From Octopus vulgaris (taxonomy: Eukaryota), in the NCBI GenBank assembly GCA_951406725.2, contig OX597837.1, forward strand, positions 20,894,001 to 20,958,000: a DNA stretch of 64,000 nucleotides, read 5' to 3'. The notes beneath the pieces are model-generated. The model was not told the DNA's origin. It did not search any database and was given only the letters and a program-made list of their open reading frames with translations. Shown here piece by piece: positions 12,225 through 26,035 of this stretch. The translations under genes and the position numbers were made by a program. Every line of letters starts with the position of its first letter. The first letter of the stretch is position 1.

Positions 12225-12895
12225 ACAACGGGCTTCTTTCGGTTTCCGTCTACTAAATCCCCTGACAAGGTTTTGGTCGGGCCGAGACTATAGTAGAAGA
12301 CACTTACCCAAGGTGGCACACAGTGGGACTGAACCTGGAAACCATGTGGTTGGGAAGCAAGCTTCTTTGGGGTTTGTGCTGTCTTTTCAATGTGGCCCGA
12401 ATTAGCGACTGAAACCTTTTTGTCATCTGTCACCACGGATTTGAATGAATCAATATTTTTGGTTTGGATGGGAATCTAAACGAAGATTCGCCATAGAATT
12501 AAGAACGAATATTAAGACAAGGTTTGATATTTTAAAATTTTTACGTGTTTTATATGGACTGCGGCCATGCTGGGGCACAGCCTTTGAGGGGTTTTGACAA
12601 AGATTCAACCCCAGTACTTAGTTTTGAAACCTGGTAATTATACTATCGGATACTTCTACCGGACTGCTGGGTTTCGTAGACGTAAACAAACCAACAGCCG
12701 TTGTCAAGCGGTGGTCACCCACACACACACAAACGACGGTCTTCTTTCAGTTTCCGTGTACCAAATCCACTCACAAGGCTTTGTCGCCCAGGTGCTATAG
12801 TAGAAGACATTTGCCTTAAGTGCAACCATGCAGTGAGACCGAACCCAGAATCACGTGGTTAAGAATGAAACTTCTTACCACACACCCACGCCTGT
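12225..12895 (-). mobile_element. Two SINE family A pieces (12225-12365 and 12555-12895)
   Basis: Reverse-complement matches to the 298-778 element. Confidence 0.8.
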
Positions 12896-12964
12896 GCAAA
12901 AAAGAAATCAGCACACCCCGCTCACTAAACGCATCATGGTCTCCTTGTAATATAATTTTATATT

Positions 12965-13178
12965 GGTTTCAAACTTTGGCACAAGGCCAGCAAATTCGGA
13001 GGAGGACGTAACTCGATTACGCCGACTCAGTAATCAACTGGTATTTATTTTATCGACCTCCGGAAAGGTGAAAGGCAAAGTCGACATCGGCGGAATTTGA
13101 ACTCGGATCGGAAAGACGGACGAAATGTCTTAAGCGTGTTGCCTGGCGTGCTAACGATTCTGCCAGCTTGCCGCCTTA
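12965..13178 (-). mobile_element. tRNA-derived SINE (family B)
   Basis: Head AAGGCGGCAAGCTGGCAGAATCGTTAGCACGCC..GAGTTCAAATTCCGCC; relatives at 20155, 39320, 53770 and 62834. Confidence 0.8.
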
Positions 13179-13699
13179 GTATATTTATATATTGAAATTG
13201 AGAAAGGTTAGAAAACAAGGCAGGCTGCGATTAATTCTGGCGTTCATTATATATTTTTTTTGTTATTTTATTTATTTATTGATTTTTGTTATTTGACAAG
13301 GAAAAGATTTTCTTTCCTATTTTATATCAACGCTGATTTTGAATCCAATTTTTCTTTGGAGAAAACGTTACTCTTTAGATCAATTTTAAAATGGGGTTTT
13401 TTTTTCGTAAAAAATTCTGCTCATTCTTTGGGGGTTTTTTGTAATATTTTTCAAGCTCAATTTTTTTGTATTTTTTTATTTTAACAACTTTGATTTTGAA
13501 TTGGGTTTTTTAAACTCATTGCCGCTGCTGATTATCATGTCTTCTTGACTGAAAAATGCCCCCAAAAAACTACCTAATTCTTTTTGCTAAAAGAAAATCT
13601 ACGCAGTCATTTTTGTTAAATATATGTGGATAATTTCCTATTATTTTGAATCAGTCATTTCTCAAATGAAAACGACACAATTTATCGTAAATGGCGGTG

Positions 13700-14310
13700 T
13701 ATAGGGCGCAGTCGAGCATCCATCATTGACAAGACCAAGGAAGGTCGAGATCATGTGATCTGGTGGTCTGGGCACTAAAGATGGCGGGGAATCTATCTCT
13801 CCGCCAGCAATATAAAAAGGAGTGCATTTCACGCCAAAAGTCCATATGAAAGTTTCTCTCACATATCTACCGCAGTAAAATCTGTTTTAAGAAAACATCC
13901 ATGTTGAAGTGGGAATAAATACCTCCGCTCGGTGTTAATACTGCCTCTGTCTCTAATAGATATCTTTTGACAAACTCACTGGCTAATCGCGACAGCAGCG
14001 CCTATTCTAGCACTGTTATTCTAGATGTTGCTGGCGGGGAGGTGAGTCGCTGCTATCTCAAGCGGTCGAGCGTCCATTATTGACGAGACCAAATAAGGTC
14101 GAAACTACATGATCTGGCTGTCTCAGTGCTGGAGGTGGCAGGGACTTATCTCCTCCCTAGCAATATAAACAAAAGTGCATTTTGCACCAGAAGCCAATAT
14201 AAAAGTTTCTCTCGTGGTATCTACTGAAGTATAGTTTGTTCCAACAGAGCATCTATGTTTCGGTGGGGATTAATATTACCTCTCGGTAACAAAAAGTTGC
14301 CACGCGTCTA
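13700..14310 (+). repeat. Two copies of a dispersed ~250-bp repeat (further copies at 15302-15530 and ~38025-38240)
   Basis: Shared GTCGAGC..CCAT.ATTGAC.AGACCAA..AAGGTCGA..CATG..ATCTGG and AAGTTTCTCTC..ATCTAC motifs. Confidence 0.7.
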
Positions 14311-14450
14311 ATGAGGCCGTATTACGGATGGGATACTAAGTATATGAGAGTTATTATAAAACATAACAAATTTCTCTTTTTACACAAAATTGTAAGGTTT
14401 TTGTTATATGTGAGCGTGCGTTTTATGCACCGGCATATACGGTAGTTCGT

Positions 14451-14702
14451 GGAGGCGCGTGGCTTAGTGGTTAAGGGTGTCAGCATCATGATCGTAAGAT
14501 TATGGTTTCGATTCCTGAACCGGGCGACGCATTGTGTTCTTGAGCAAAACATTTCATTTCACGTTGCTCCAGTCCACTTAGCTGGCAAAAATGAGTAACG
14601 CTGCAATGGACTGGCGTCGCATCGAGCTGGGAAATACATACGCCATTGAAACCAGGAAACCGGGCCCATGAGCCTGGCTAGGCTTTAAAAGGGCGCATTT
14701 AT
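14451..14702 (+). mobile_element. tRNA-derived SINE (family C)
   Basis: GGAGGCGCGTGGCTTAGTGGTTAAGG..GGTTTCGATTCC head; tail GCCTGGCTAGGCTTTAAAAGGGCGCAT shared with 58463-58784. Confidence 0.8.
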
Positions 14703-15785
14703 TTTTTATTATTATATACGGTAGTTCAACTGAAAGCAGAAAGCAAACATAATTTAGGACTATTCTTAAAAGAAGAAGGAGAAAAATCTCGTAAGTAGTT
14801 TTGTAAAATGAGATTCTTATGAGTTTGGTCTTTTGTAGCGAAAATCCACAGTAGGTGGTTTTATAGAAAATGAAAGAGACCCCTTAGAGAGAGAATTTCT
14901 TTTGTCAAATGAAGGCGGAATTCCAAGAATTTTTTTCCTTTTCTTTTTTAAGGGATTCACGATTCAAAAAGTTTAGAAAGGCTTGTTTAATATCCTAGCA
15001 ATTCTTCGTATAATCCAGTGGTTTTCAACTGGGGTTCATATGACTCCTGTGGGTCCATATAAAATTTTGTTGGGTCCACGAATGCAAAATAATGAATTTG
15101 GTCCACAGTATTATTTTAATGATCCATGAAAACCTTTTCCTATGGATGTATTTATGGCAGTGTTTTCTTGTTTAACGTTTTACGTAGTTCAACAAATAAG
15201 TGAACGTGTAATGAACAAAATAGTAATTTGAAAAGAAGTGCCTATTGAATGAATTTTTAAACTTCGAAAGGCTATTGAGAAAGGATCCACCAGTATCAAA
15301 TAGTTTCTCTCATAGTATCTACCGTAGTAAAATCTGTTTTAAGAAAACATCCATGTTGAAGTGGGAGTAAATATTTCCGCTCGGTGTTAATACTGCCTCT
15401 GTCGCCAATAGATACCACATGATCCCGACCTTCCTTGGTCTCATCAATGTTGGTCGCTCGACCGCGTCCTATACACCGCCATTTACGATAAATTGTGTCG
15501 TTTTCATTTGAGAAATGACTGATTCAAAATGAAAGGAAAGTATCCACATGAAAGAGGCCCATAGATAAAAAATAATTAAGAACCACTGGTGTAACTGATC
15601 GAGGACTCTTCCCATTAGCATAGCGAAAAGAGAAGGAAAAGACAAATCCACTCTCAACGACAATTTGTTTGATGAGCAGCTTTCACAGTACGGCTGCTCG
15701 ATATATAAGTCAGGGGTATACTGGAATTTCTCTTGATTGTTGCACCACCTGAAAACATTGCAAATGTGTGTGCGTGCGTGCGTGC

Positions 15786-15838
<53 letters not shown>

Positions 15839-15992
15839 CACTTACATACACAAATTTACATCCATAAATTTCATCGTCACCGACGTATTAAATATGAAGC
15901 GCCGTTCTGATGCCAAAAATAATTCATATGGCGACGCACACGCATATACGCAGGGATCTGTATGTGTATGCTTGTGAGTGTTTGAGCGTGTG

Positions 15993-16031
<39 letters not shown>

Positions 16032-16532
16032 GTGTGTGCGTGTCGCTGCTCACTTGTTTGTTTGGTAAACCCGATGAGTTGAGAGTTGCGTAACATATTA
16101 CGTAAACCTATAGATGTTGTGCATACTGCATACCTAACTGTACCGTGTTTACGTCAAAATAAAGACTCTTAACGAAATAATTATAGCAATACCAGATAAC
16201 TCATTTGTCTGTTTTTATTGTTTTTACGCCATGCTTAAGGTTCCATTCACTGCTGGATACTTTTGGATATCATTAGAGTTGTGGATTACCGAACAACAGT
16301 AAACTTCCTTTCATTGATGCATTCTGTGCTGGGATAATGGATTAATTAACTGTCTATTTTCAGTCACCCTGTCTAGCCAATAATTGTGACGTACTACACT
16401 TTGTTATGCTTTCATCTCTTATGGATTCTCTGTCATTATATCCCTATCTCTCTATCTGTCTCTATCTCTATCTTTCTATCTCTGTCTATCTATCTATACA
16501 TTCATACATACAGACATACAGATATACATACA

Positions 16533-16642
<110 letters not shown>

Positions 16643-16653
16643 ACGTGACCTGA

Positions 16654-16700
16654 GTGTGCTGAAGATACTGAACACTCGAAGTTGAAACTCGGAGTAGCAA
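16654..16700 (+). ncRNA. Degenerate hammerhead-like motif
   Basis: CTGAAGA-tACT..AGTt-GAAA-CTCGGAG-TA. Stem I is poor. Confidence 0.35.
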
Positions 16701-16808
16701 GAGACTGACTCGACTAAAACAAATATCACTATTAATCTATACTATAATATCGAGTTATTGAGCAGTCATTTTCCCAGCAGTCAACACAAAACGATACACA
16801 CACATACA

Positions 16809-16865
<57 letters not shown>

Positions 16866-16866
<1 letters not shown>

Positions 16867-17100
16867 CTCTTTTACTCTTTTACTCTTTACTCTTTTTTTT
16901 TGTTTCAGTCATTTGACTGCGGCCATCCTGGAGCACTGCCTTTATGGTCGAGTAAATCGACCCCAGAGCTTATTCTTTGTAAGCCTAGTACTTATTCTAT
17001 CGGTCTCTTTTGCTCAACCGCTAAGTTACGGGGACGTAAACACACCACCATCGGTTGTCAATCGAGGCTGGGTGGGGGACAAACATACACACAAATATAT

Positions 17101-17164
<64 letters not shown>

Positions 17165-17324
17165 GACGGACTTCTTCCAGTTTCCGTCAACCAAATCCAC
17201 TCACAAGGATTTGGTCGGCCCGAGACTATAGTAGTAGACACTTGCCCAAGGTGCCACGCAGTGGGACTGAACCCGGAACCATGTGGTTGGTAAGCAAGCT
17301 ACTTACCACACAGCCACTCCTGCG

Positions 17325-17328
<4 letters not shown>
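16866..17328 (-). mobile_element. SINE family A, full length
   Basis: Reverse complement of 298-778 including the (CTTTTACT)n tail. Confidence 0.9.
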
Positions 17329-17394
<66 letters not shown>

Positions 17395-17396
<2 letters not shown>

Positions 17397-17736
17397 CAAG
17401 GTAAAGATCCCCTGCAGTTATGAATGACGATGGGATTGCACCAGAAAGTTACCCTCCAATACACAAATCCGGGCATGTTGTTTATGAAAGACCAGCAGCT
17501 GCCCGTGCATACCAGCCTGCCCATTCCATGCCACCGATGTTATCCAAGAGAAAGGCAAAGGGGCCGATATAGTTTGGCACCAGTGACGTCGTAAGTCATT
17601 TCTACAGCTGAACGAACAGAAGCAACACGAAATTAAGTCTTGTTCAAGAACACAACATGCAGCCCAGTCCACGAATCGAACTCTCTATCTGCCAAATGTG
17701 AGTCCTACGCTCTAACCACTGAGCCATGCGCCTTCA
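17395..17736 (-). mobile_element. tRNA-derived SINE (other family)
   Basis: Minus-strand head GAAGGCGCATGGCTCAGTGGTTAGAGCG..GAGTTCGATTC. Confidence 0.7.
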
Positions 17737-17739
17737 TTA

Positions 17740-17936
17740 TATGTATGTATATATATATATACACATATTATTTGTATATATATATATATATAGATATTAT
17801 ACATGTATGTATGTATGTATGTATGTATGTATGTATGTATGTATGTGTGTATGTGCGTGTATGTGTGTGTACAAGAGAGAGAGCTAGTGAGAGAGAGGTA
17901 GGACAGACAGGTAGAGACAAACTGACAGATATATAT

Positions 17937-18017
<81 letters not shown>

Positions 18018-18586
18018 GAAAGATAGATAGATAGTTAAGAAGGAAATTATGTTTGTATGCAAATGTATATGTATATTTGTATGTATGTATGTAGGTATGT
18101 GTGGACGTATGTGTGTGTATGTATGTATGTATGTATGTATGTATGTATGTATGTATGTATGTATGTATGCATGCATGTATGCATGTGTATATGTATGTGT
18201 ATGCATGTATGTATGTATGTATGTATGTATGTATGTGTGTATGTGTGGACGTACATGTATGAATGGATGTATGTATGTAGATATGTAGGCAGGGAGGTAG
18301 GGATGAAGGGTCGAAGGTAGAGAGGGGGAGGAAGGTGAGCGGTAGGTACAAAGTACATAGGTAAGTAGGTGTAGGGAGGGAGGGAGGTTGGCAAGTAGAG
18401 CGAAGAAGGGTGAGTACATTCACTTACAGGGAACCACTTGCTCGTAGTCCAATCTGTAATACGGCAACGATGCCATTTAGGACAGGCAAGTTATTATGAC
18501 CCAGTTTTAGCTCAACATAAGACGGCTTTCAGCTGACCTGAATAATCGCTAACCTGGTTTACATCATACCGAAATGGATGGTGAGT

Positions 18587-18633
<47 letters not shown>

Positions 18634-18889
18634 GTACATATGCATGCACACACACACACACACACATACACACACACACACTCGTACATATGCATGCACA
18701 CGACTGTATACAGACGTATACACGATGCATATTATACTTACATATATGTATATGTGCACAAAATTAAGTCAAACACACATGTACACATACATACTCACGT
18801 ATAAGCATACTCTTGTCTGCCTGTCTGTCTGTCACTTTCTCTCTCCCTCCCTCTCTCCTTCTCTCCCTCTCTTTCTCTCTCTCTCTCTC

Positions 18890-18934
<45 letters not shown>

Positions 18935-19432
18935 ATAGATAGATTGGTACGTACATACATACATGCATACAGACAGACATATGCATACATATATATAAGC
19001 ATACATACATAAATATACATGCATACGCACACATATATTTATACACACTTACATATATACATACATACACACATACATTCATACATACATATATACACAC
19101 ACATACATTCATATATACATATATATATACATACTCACACACACACATATATACATACTCACACACACACATATATACATACTTACACACATACATTCAT
19201 ACATACACAGATATGCATGCATAAATACATATATGCATACATACACACCTACATACATACATACATACATACATGCATGCATGCATGCATGCATACATAC
19301 ATACATGCATGCATGCATGCATCCATCCATCCATCCATACATACATACATACATACATACATACATGCATGCATGCATACATACATACATACATACATAC
19401 ATACATGCATGTATGCATGCATACATACATAC

Positions 19433-19467
<35 letters not shown>

Positions 19468-19556
19468 CATACATACATACATACATACATGCATGCATGC
19501 ATACATACATACATACATACATACATACATGCATGTATGCATGCATACATACATAC

Positions 19557-19591
<35 letters not shown>

Positions 19592-19865
19592 CATACATAC
19601 ATACCTACATGCATACACACATACATACTTACATATAAACGAACACACACACACATTCGCAAACATACGTACACACACATATACGCATATGCTTTAATGC
19701 ATTTGTGTGTGTGTGTGCGTGTACGTGTGTGTATGTGTGTACATGCGTGTATGTATGTGCGTGTGTACGTTTGTGTGGTGTGTACGTGTGTGTGTGTGTG
19801 TGTGTCTGTGTGTGTGTGCGTGTAAGTGTGTGTGTGTGAAGTGTGTCTGTCTTTATGTGTGCGCA
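17740..19865. repeat. Compound (TA)/(TACA)/(CA)/(TGCA) microsatellite field
   Basis: Direct inspection; a unique island lies at ~18420-18590. Confidence 0.9.
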
Positions 19866-20012
19866 CGCATATCAAATATCACTAAGGTAGTTGAAATTTT
19901 GCATAGCGGCAGACCTTCAAGATATAAGATCTTCTGTTTTGTGACTTTTACCCATAGATTCTATAAAATATCGGACAACGCCTTGTATTTACTGATAATA
20001 AAATAATGTGGG

Positions 20013-20055
<43 letters not shown>

Positions 20056-20154
20056 GAAAAAGGGCAGGAGAGAGCCAGGCAGTCAAGCCGACAGGCAGAC
20101 TTTGTCAACCCTTATCCATGTTCACAGAAGCGCTTTATCAATTTGCTATAACAA

Positions 20155-20380
20155 TTAAAGCTGTGAGCTTGCAGAATCGTTAGAACGACGGGCAAAGTGC
20201 TTAGCGGCATTTCGTCCGTCTTCACGTTCTGAGTTCAACTTCCACCGAGATCGATTTTGATTTCCTTCTTTGAATGTAATCAGTACCAATGAAATAAATA
20301 CCAATTGAGCGCTGGGGGTCGATGTAATCGACTTACCCCTCCTCCGAAACTGCTGGCCTTGTGCCAAAATTTGAAATCAA
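20155..20380 (+). mobile_element. SINE family B
   Basis: GCAGAATCGTTAG..GAGTTCAACTTCC..GGGGTCGATGTAATCGACTTA. Confidence 0.75.
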
Positions 20381-20608
20381 TTTACAATAACAAGGAAAAT
20401 CAAATTGAATCTGTTCATGGTCTCTGGTTCGGTCCCACAGCGTGATACCTTGTTTAATTATTTTCTACTATAGCCTCGGAGCGAGGCGATTGTTGAACAA
20501 ATCGAACCTGGTCCTTATTCTATCGGTCGCTTTTTGCCGAACCGCTAGTTTACATAAACAAAGAACCACTGTCAAGCGATGTTGGAGAACGAACACAAAT
20601 ATAATGAA

Positions 20609-20696
<88 letters not shown>

Positions 20697-20697
<1 letters not shown>

Positions 20698-21026
20698 ATA
20701 TTAGGGAATAAATCCAAATTTACAGGGAAAAAATCAGATTTAGGATTAAATCCAATTTTATAGTAAAATATTATATAATATTAATTCGAGACAAAACCAC
20801 TATTTTGCAAAACAAACAAGGAAAGACTTAATCAATACATAAGATGGATTTCCGATCTTCTAATCAGTTTCAATTGAAACTGATTAGAAGATCGGAAATC
20901 CACCTGACGAATGTCATTTGAAGACATGAAACGATTGTAGTGGCGGTTTATTTATTTTATATTAAAATTTTTATGTATTGATTAAGTCTTTCCTTGTTTG
21001 TTTTGCAAAATAGTGATTTTGTCTCG

Positions 21027-21032
<6 letters not shown>
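20697..21032. mobile_element. Penelope-like fold-back module with a perfect 58-bp palindrome (20845-20902)
   Basis: Outer arms ~20783-20842 and ~20971-21030 are inverted; the module sits in TA tracts and carries a hammerhead. Confidence 0.75.
20900..20943 (+). ncRNA. Canonical minimal type I hammerhead ribozyme motif
   Basis: CCAC-CTGACGA-ATGTC-atttgaa-GACAT-GAAA-CGATTG-TA-GTGG. Core intact, stems I and II perfect, GUA triplet. Confidence 0.85.
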
Positions 21033-21095
<63 letters not shown>

Positions 21096-21332
21096 CTGCA
21101 TTTATAAGCGATTTGTACGCACAACGGCGAGAATAAGTCGGTCGTATTATAGTTTAACGACTAACATTATCATTCTTAATAAATAAATGACCATATTGAT
21201 AATTAGTTAATTGTTCTTCGGTCATTCATTTCTCCATTGCATCTTCTCATTCAATCATCGTCGTCACATTTTGGCGATTTCCCGACGTCTCTTCAAATTA
21301 TGCCATTACACACACACACACACACGCACACG

Positions 21333-21375
<43 letters not shown>

Positions 21376-21905
21376 ACACTATACGAGGTCTGATCAATAA
21401 GTATCCGGGCTTCTTTCAGTTTCCATCTACGAAATCTATTGACAGGGCTTTGGTCAACTGGGTCTAAAGTAGAAGACGCACTAGTCCAAGGTGCAATGCA
21501 GTGGACTGAACCCGCCACCATTTAGTTGGGAATCAAATTTCTAACCACACAGCTACGCCTGAAAGCCTAGCAGTTAAATCTTATGCAAATCCCAGCCAAC
21601 CGTCCTAAAGATATTGAAGGAAACGTTAGATAATGTGGTCTTGAAGCCTTTGAAAAAAGGAAAACGCTTTGGTTGTCTTCGACGGAATGGCTTAGATTTT
21701 AGGGCTCAACAAATCAATTTATGATTTCATAGGGCTTGTCATTTAAAAAGATTATTCAGTATTTATGAAATGAGAACCGACGCAACACTGTAAACAAACT
21801 CCGACTCAATTAATTCTAATAAAACTCACAGAAACACCGCCGTTCCACCGGATGGTTTTCTGCTAGTGTATGATATGTTTAGTTGCACGAAACTGCTATG
21901 ATGTG

Positions 21906-21940
<35 letters not shown>

Positions 21941-21954
21941 ACACACACACAAGT

Positions 21955-23220
21955 GCATACCAGACGTTTTGAGACTTGTTTTTAGGAGAGGCAGTTCTAA
22001 TTATTCTAGATTGCTGTAATTTGCGTATACATTACTTTACATTTAATAAGCTGAGCTGCTAACAGTTTTGGTTCCAGATTGAAGGAGACAGCTGTAACAG
22101 CATTTTGAACACGCCCTAATAAGCATTGCTTCTCACAGCTGACAAATTTGCAGAATGCAGTCGGGACGTGGAGATAATTTGGAAACTCGCTATGCACTTG
22201 AGTTTAGTGTTGAATTATCGTAAATCCTCGAGTATAATCCGCCCTTGAGTATAATACGCAGGGGATTTTTAGGGGGCTGTACCTCTGAAAAACCTAAACC
22301 TTGTGTATAATACGCACCCCTTCTCTAACTTGAGTCAAGGAGGTCTATATAACGTCCTTGGTTTGTAAAAATGTATACGGTAACGTCCTTTATTATTATT
22401 GTATATATAACATAACGCAAACCTGTAGCTTTTTTGTGCATTTAAGAAATAACAGTAATAACGTTTAATAAATGTTGCTTACTGCAAGTTATGGATGATC
22501 CTTTTATGACTTCATTGCTTTCAGGCTCAGCTTAAAGTATTTTCGCGCCCGACATCACAAAATGCGTCTGAATAAACATTGCCGGACAGCAAATAGAGAT
22601 TCGGACATTGCTTAGAAAATACTTTTCATTTTTAACCTCGTATATAGTACGCGCTAGGGATTCTGACCTTTAAATTTTGGGGGGAAAATGCGGATTATAC
22701 TCGAGGATTTACGGTAAGCGAAAATGCTACAGAAATTTATAAAACGCTCCAGACTCCTTATGGATTAATTTGTATGAGCCGAGCATCTATTTTCGCTGGC
22801 ACAAGAGGTCAGGCAAAGTGGGTCCACCGGGAAATTCATGACGACTCTCTTTTCTGACAGTAAGGAGTTTCATCTACGTCCACTTGGTTCCCCCTAGCCA
22901 GAATCAACAAAGAGTGCTTTGTGGAGGTTTAGAAGGAGTTCAGGAAAATATTTCATCGCAAAAGGCCAGGATAGCCGCAGCAGGAAAATACAGCAGTTTA
23001 CAGTTCCATCCTGATAACCAACTACTTGATAAAGTTGGGCATCAAAACTGTCCTTCACCCTCCCTGTGACTTTTGGTTGCTGTCGGAGCTGAAAAAGAAG
23101 ATGAATGAGGCTGTGACAAGGGTCCTGGACATCTTCACTTTAGAGGACTTTCATGCTACAGCAAGAACACTGAACTCAGAGGAATTAGAGTGTTGTACTT
23201 CCTTGAAATTAATAAATGTA
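21955..23220 (+). mobile_element. Mariner transposon relic interrupted by a MITE
   Basis: HTH-like ATEIYKTLQTPYG..CMSRASIF..WHKR (22720-22808), and HPDN / HPP-CDFWL..LKK catalytic-region remnants (23005-23100). Confidence 0.65.
22216..22716. mobile_element. ~500-bp Tc2/pogo-type MITE
   Basis: TIRs TA-(T/C)CGTAAATCCTCGAGTATAA and TTATACTCGAGGATTTACGG-TA; second copy inverted at 49142-49659. Confidence 0.9.
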
Positions 23221-23518
23221 TCTCAAATACGCACACGCATATATGTTTGAAGGTATGTATGTATGTGTGTATGTATGTATGTATGTATGTGTGTATGTAT
23301 GTATGTATGTATGTATGTATGTATGTATGTATGTATGTATGTATGTATGTATGCGTGTGTGTGTGTGTATGTATGTATGTATGTATGTATGTATGTATGT
23401 ATGTATGTATGTATGTATGTATAGTTAATCCAAAATGAACAAAGAGAAAACACAACGCGAGGACGTGTAACAAGTATAGTGTTATTGGACGCTCAGGAAA
23501 GGAAAGAAAGAAGGAGGA

Positions 23519-23551
23519 TTTAACGTTTCGAGCGGAGCTCATCGTCAGAAA
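23519..23551 (-). ncRNA. Minimal Penelope-type hammerhead motif
   Basis: Minus strand: TTT-CTGACGA-t-GAGC-tcc-GCTC-GAAA-CG-TT-AAA, with palindromic AACGTT replacing stem III. It lies in a module between (TATG)n tracts. Confidence 0.7.
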
Positions 23552-23613
23552 CATAGAAAAAGGAAAGGTCCAAGGAAGGGAAGACGGAGAGTGTGTATGT
23601 ATATATGCATGTA

Positions 23614-24140
23614 TGTACAAGGTATTTGGGCCAAATTTTATAGTTTGCATAAAAAGTCTCTCATACAAAAGTAAAAAGTATTTTCAAAAATCAAAGAATA
23701 TCAACCAGATTATGACTGGGAGATAACCGTTTACTCAAAGCAGCTAACTTCTGCTTTCTTCACTGTTTCAAGACTGCTCGAGAACCTTGTGCATGCGTTC
23801 TCGGGAAGATCTACGAATACCTCCTTGATCTCGGGCACCAGTCCAGCCTTGGTATTACAAGCAGAGCGGTTGACGTCTTTCTCAACCATAATCGATGGGA
23901 TTACAATCAGGGGGATTAGTTAGTCAGGAATTGGGACTGGTGAAATTGTAGAAATTTTCCGCCATCCACTGCTGACTATCTCTGGAGCCAAATCTTGTCA
24001 TACATACGGCCTTCCAGCAGCAACCATCTCCAGCCAGGAATCGACCACAATCTCCAGCGGATTGACATAGCCGTCTGAATTGAGCGTGAGGCGCTGGTCA
24101 AATATGAATTCGGTGAGTGGATGCAGAGTGAACGATTGTT
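23614..24140 (-). mobile_element. Tc1/mariner transposase C-terminal relic
   Basis: Minus-strand PNS.DL..P / VEKDVNRSACNTKAGLVPEIKEVF..LPENACTRF; TACAAGGT terminus at 23615. Confidence 0.55.
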
Positions 24141-24439
24141 GTGTCCATTCCTTAATATGAATGGCAAGGGACTTACAGAATGTATAAACAACATCACAGA
24201 GGCTGTCTCTTTGGAATATGCCTTTGCAATACTGTATTCTACCGGTAATAATATATTGATATTAATATTAATTTCAAGATGACGGCCCACGATCAAGTCA
24301 GATCACCTAAGGCTTTGACTATTCTCATTGGAACTTTAGTAAGTTGAAGCGTTTCTAGCAATTTTCTGTTGGTGGGAGTAAAAGGACTTCTTTCAGTTTC
24401 GTAGACGGAGCCCGAAAGGAGCCCGGATACTTATTGATG

Positions 24440-26035
24440 GAGTTTCTGGATCACAGTTGCAAGAGTTTCACCATCAATGTTGTATGTCTTGGAGGTAATG
24501 CAGGAGCAATAACCTTTTCAGATTTCTTCCAGCCACAGAGCATCTTGATTAAATTCTTTCTCTTCACTCCAGATTTTCCTCCAGAAGGAATCTATGACTT
24601 CTCGTGAAGAAGCTTCCGTGATGTTTACTGCTCCTCCTCTCATGTCTCTGTATACTGCTGCCGAGTGAGAGCGCGTGGCTTAGTGGTTAGGGCATTTCGA
24701 TTCCCGGCGACGCGTTGTGTCCTTGAGCAAGACACTTTATTTCACGTTGCTCCAGTCCACTCAGCTGGCAAAAATGAGTTGTACTTGTATTTCAAAGGGT
24801 CAGCCTTGTCACTCTCTGTGTCACGCTGATTATCCCCGAGAACTACGTTAAGGGTACACGTGTCTGTGGAATGCTCAGCCATTTGCACGTTAATTTCACG
24901 AGCAAGCTGTTCCGTTGATCGTATCAGCTGGGACCCTCGTCGTCGTAACCGGCGGAGTCTTTATACTGCTGCCTGGTTGCGGTTAAACTTTTGGTTTATT
25001 GTTCTTTTCTCGGCTATTCTCTTCTGTTGTCGGAGTTTTTCACTGACAGCTTTTAACTCATACTTTAGGGTAATCAGTTTGCCAGTGTGTCCCCTTTTTG
25101 CTGTCTCCAAACATTATTTCTGCCTCCTTCTTTACTTTCTGTTGGTTGGACGTATAGTGATTTGCTTGTTTGCATGCAATAAGCATCATTACATGACTAA
25201 TGGTCTTCCGTAAACCAGTTATCTTTTTCTCTGTCTTCAAAACCCATGATGGTTCTTTCTTTGTTATTTCGGTTTTGTTTACTTTCTGAATATCATGCAT
25301 GCACTGTTTTACAGTAGTAGCCAGAGCGTATAGACAGGCGTTAATTGCCAGTATGTAGGTTCATCACACCGTTGTAAATACTCATCATCAATTTCGTTAA
25401 CAGCTTTGAATACCGTATCGGGTGGTTTTCTTTACTTATTTTGATAGAGAATACTCTCTCTTTTCAAGGGAGTACTTCAAAGTCAGTTATTTTCTCTAGG
25501 AAAAATTCTGTAAGGGCACATTTCACCGCCATATAATCCTGATTACCACTGCTACTACAATAATTGTTGTAGTTGTGTCTGCTATTTACCATAGTCATAG
25601 TAGGGGGGAGAGTGGTCAGTTACTTGAGCTAATAATGTAGGTTGGCTGGCAGGCACTATGGAATCCGTTGGAATGTCACGGGCTGCGAAATGACGTGGTG
25701 GTCTTATATCATTCACGCTTATATACACTTAAATGATTTCTGGAAATTTTTACAGATTTTTACAGTTCCAGTGATAGCTTGAGTCTGTAGTCTTCGAATC
25801 AGCCTTTTCCTTACTGGTTTTGAGAAGCCTAATTTCTCAAGATTGGTATTTAGGCAGTGTGTTACATATCCCAGTACCCAATAATCACAGGTATAAACCT
25901 GAACTTGTAATCTGGAGAGAGTAACTGCAGATTTCTCAATAGTACAGCGCAAGTACTTTCTTTTTCACTGATCTTCAGCTTTATAATAACATCCACTGGA
26001 CAGCTGATTTCCTCAACTGTACACAGTTTCTCTTC
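24440..26035 (-). mobile_element. R4/Dong-clade (RLE) LINE fragments, rearranged, with a SINE inserted at 24667-24960
   Basis: FWRKIWSEEKEFNQDALWLEE and KKEPSWVLKTEKKI (pre-RT region); VEEISCPVDV..KISEKES..FRFIPVII..LGYV (restriction-like endonuclease C-terminus). Confidence 0.75.
24667..24960 (+). mobile_element. tRNA-derived SINE (family related to 54686-55005)
   Basis: GCGCGTGGCTTAGTGGTTAGG head; body GAGAACTACGTTAAGGGTACACGTGTCTGTGGA. Confidence 0.8.

Noticed and set aside
18533-18586. Plus-strand exon ending ATGGATG|GTGAGT (similar case at 26120-26231)
   Set aside because: All frames are closed before the donor and no compatible downstream exon was identified.
17712-19875. Long His/Thr/Tyr/Ile or Cys/Val/Met ORFs (also at 32-36 kb and 63 kb)
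   Set aside because: These are translations of stop-free microsatellites.
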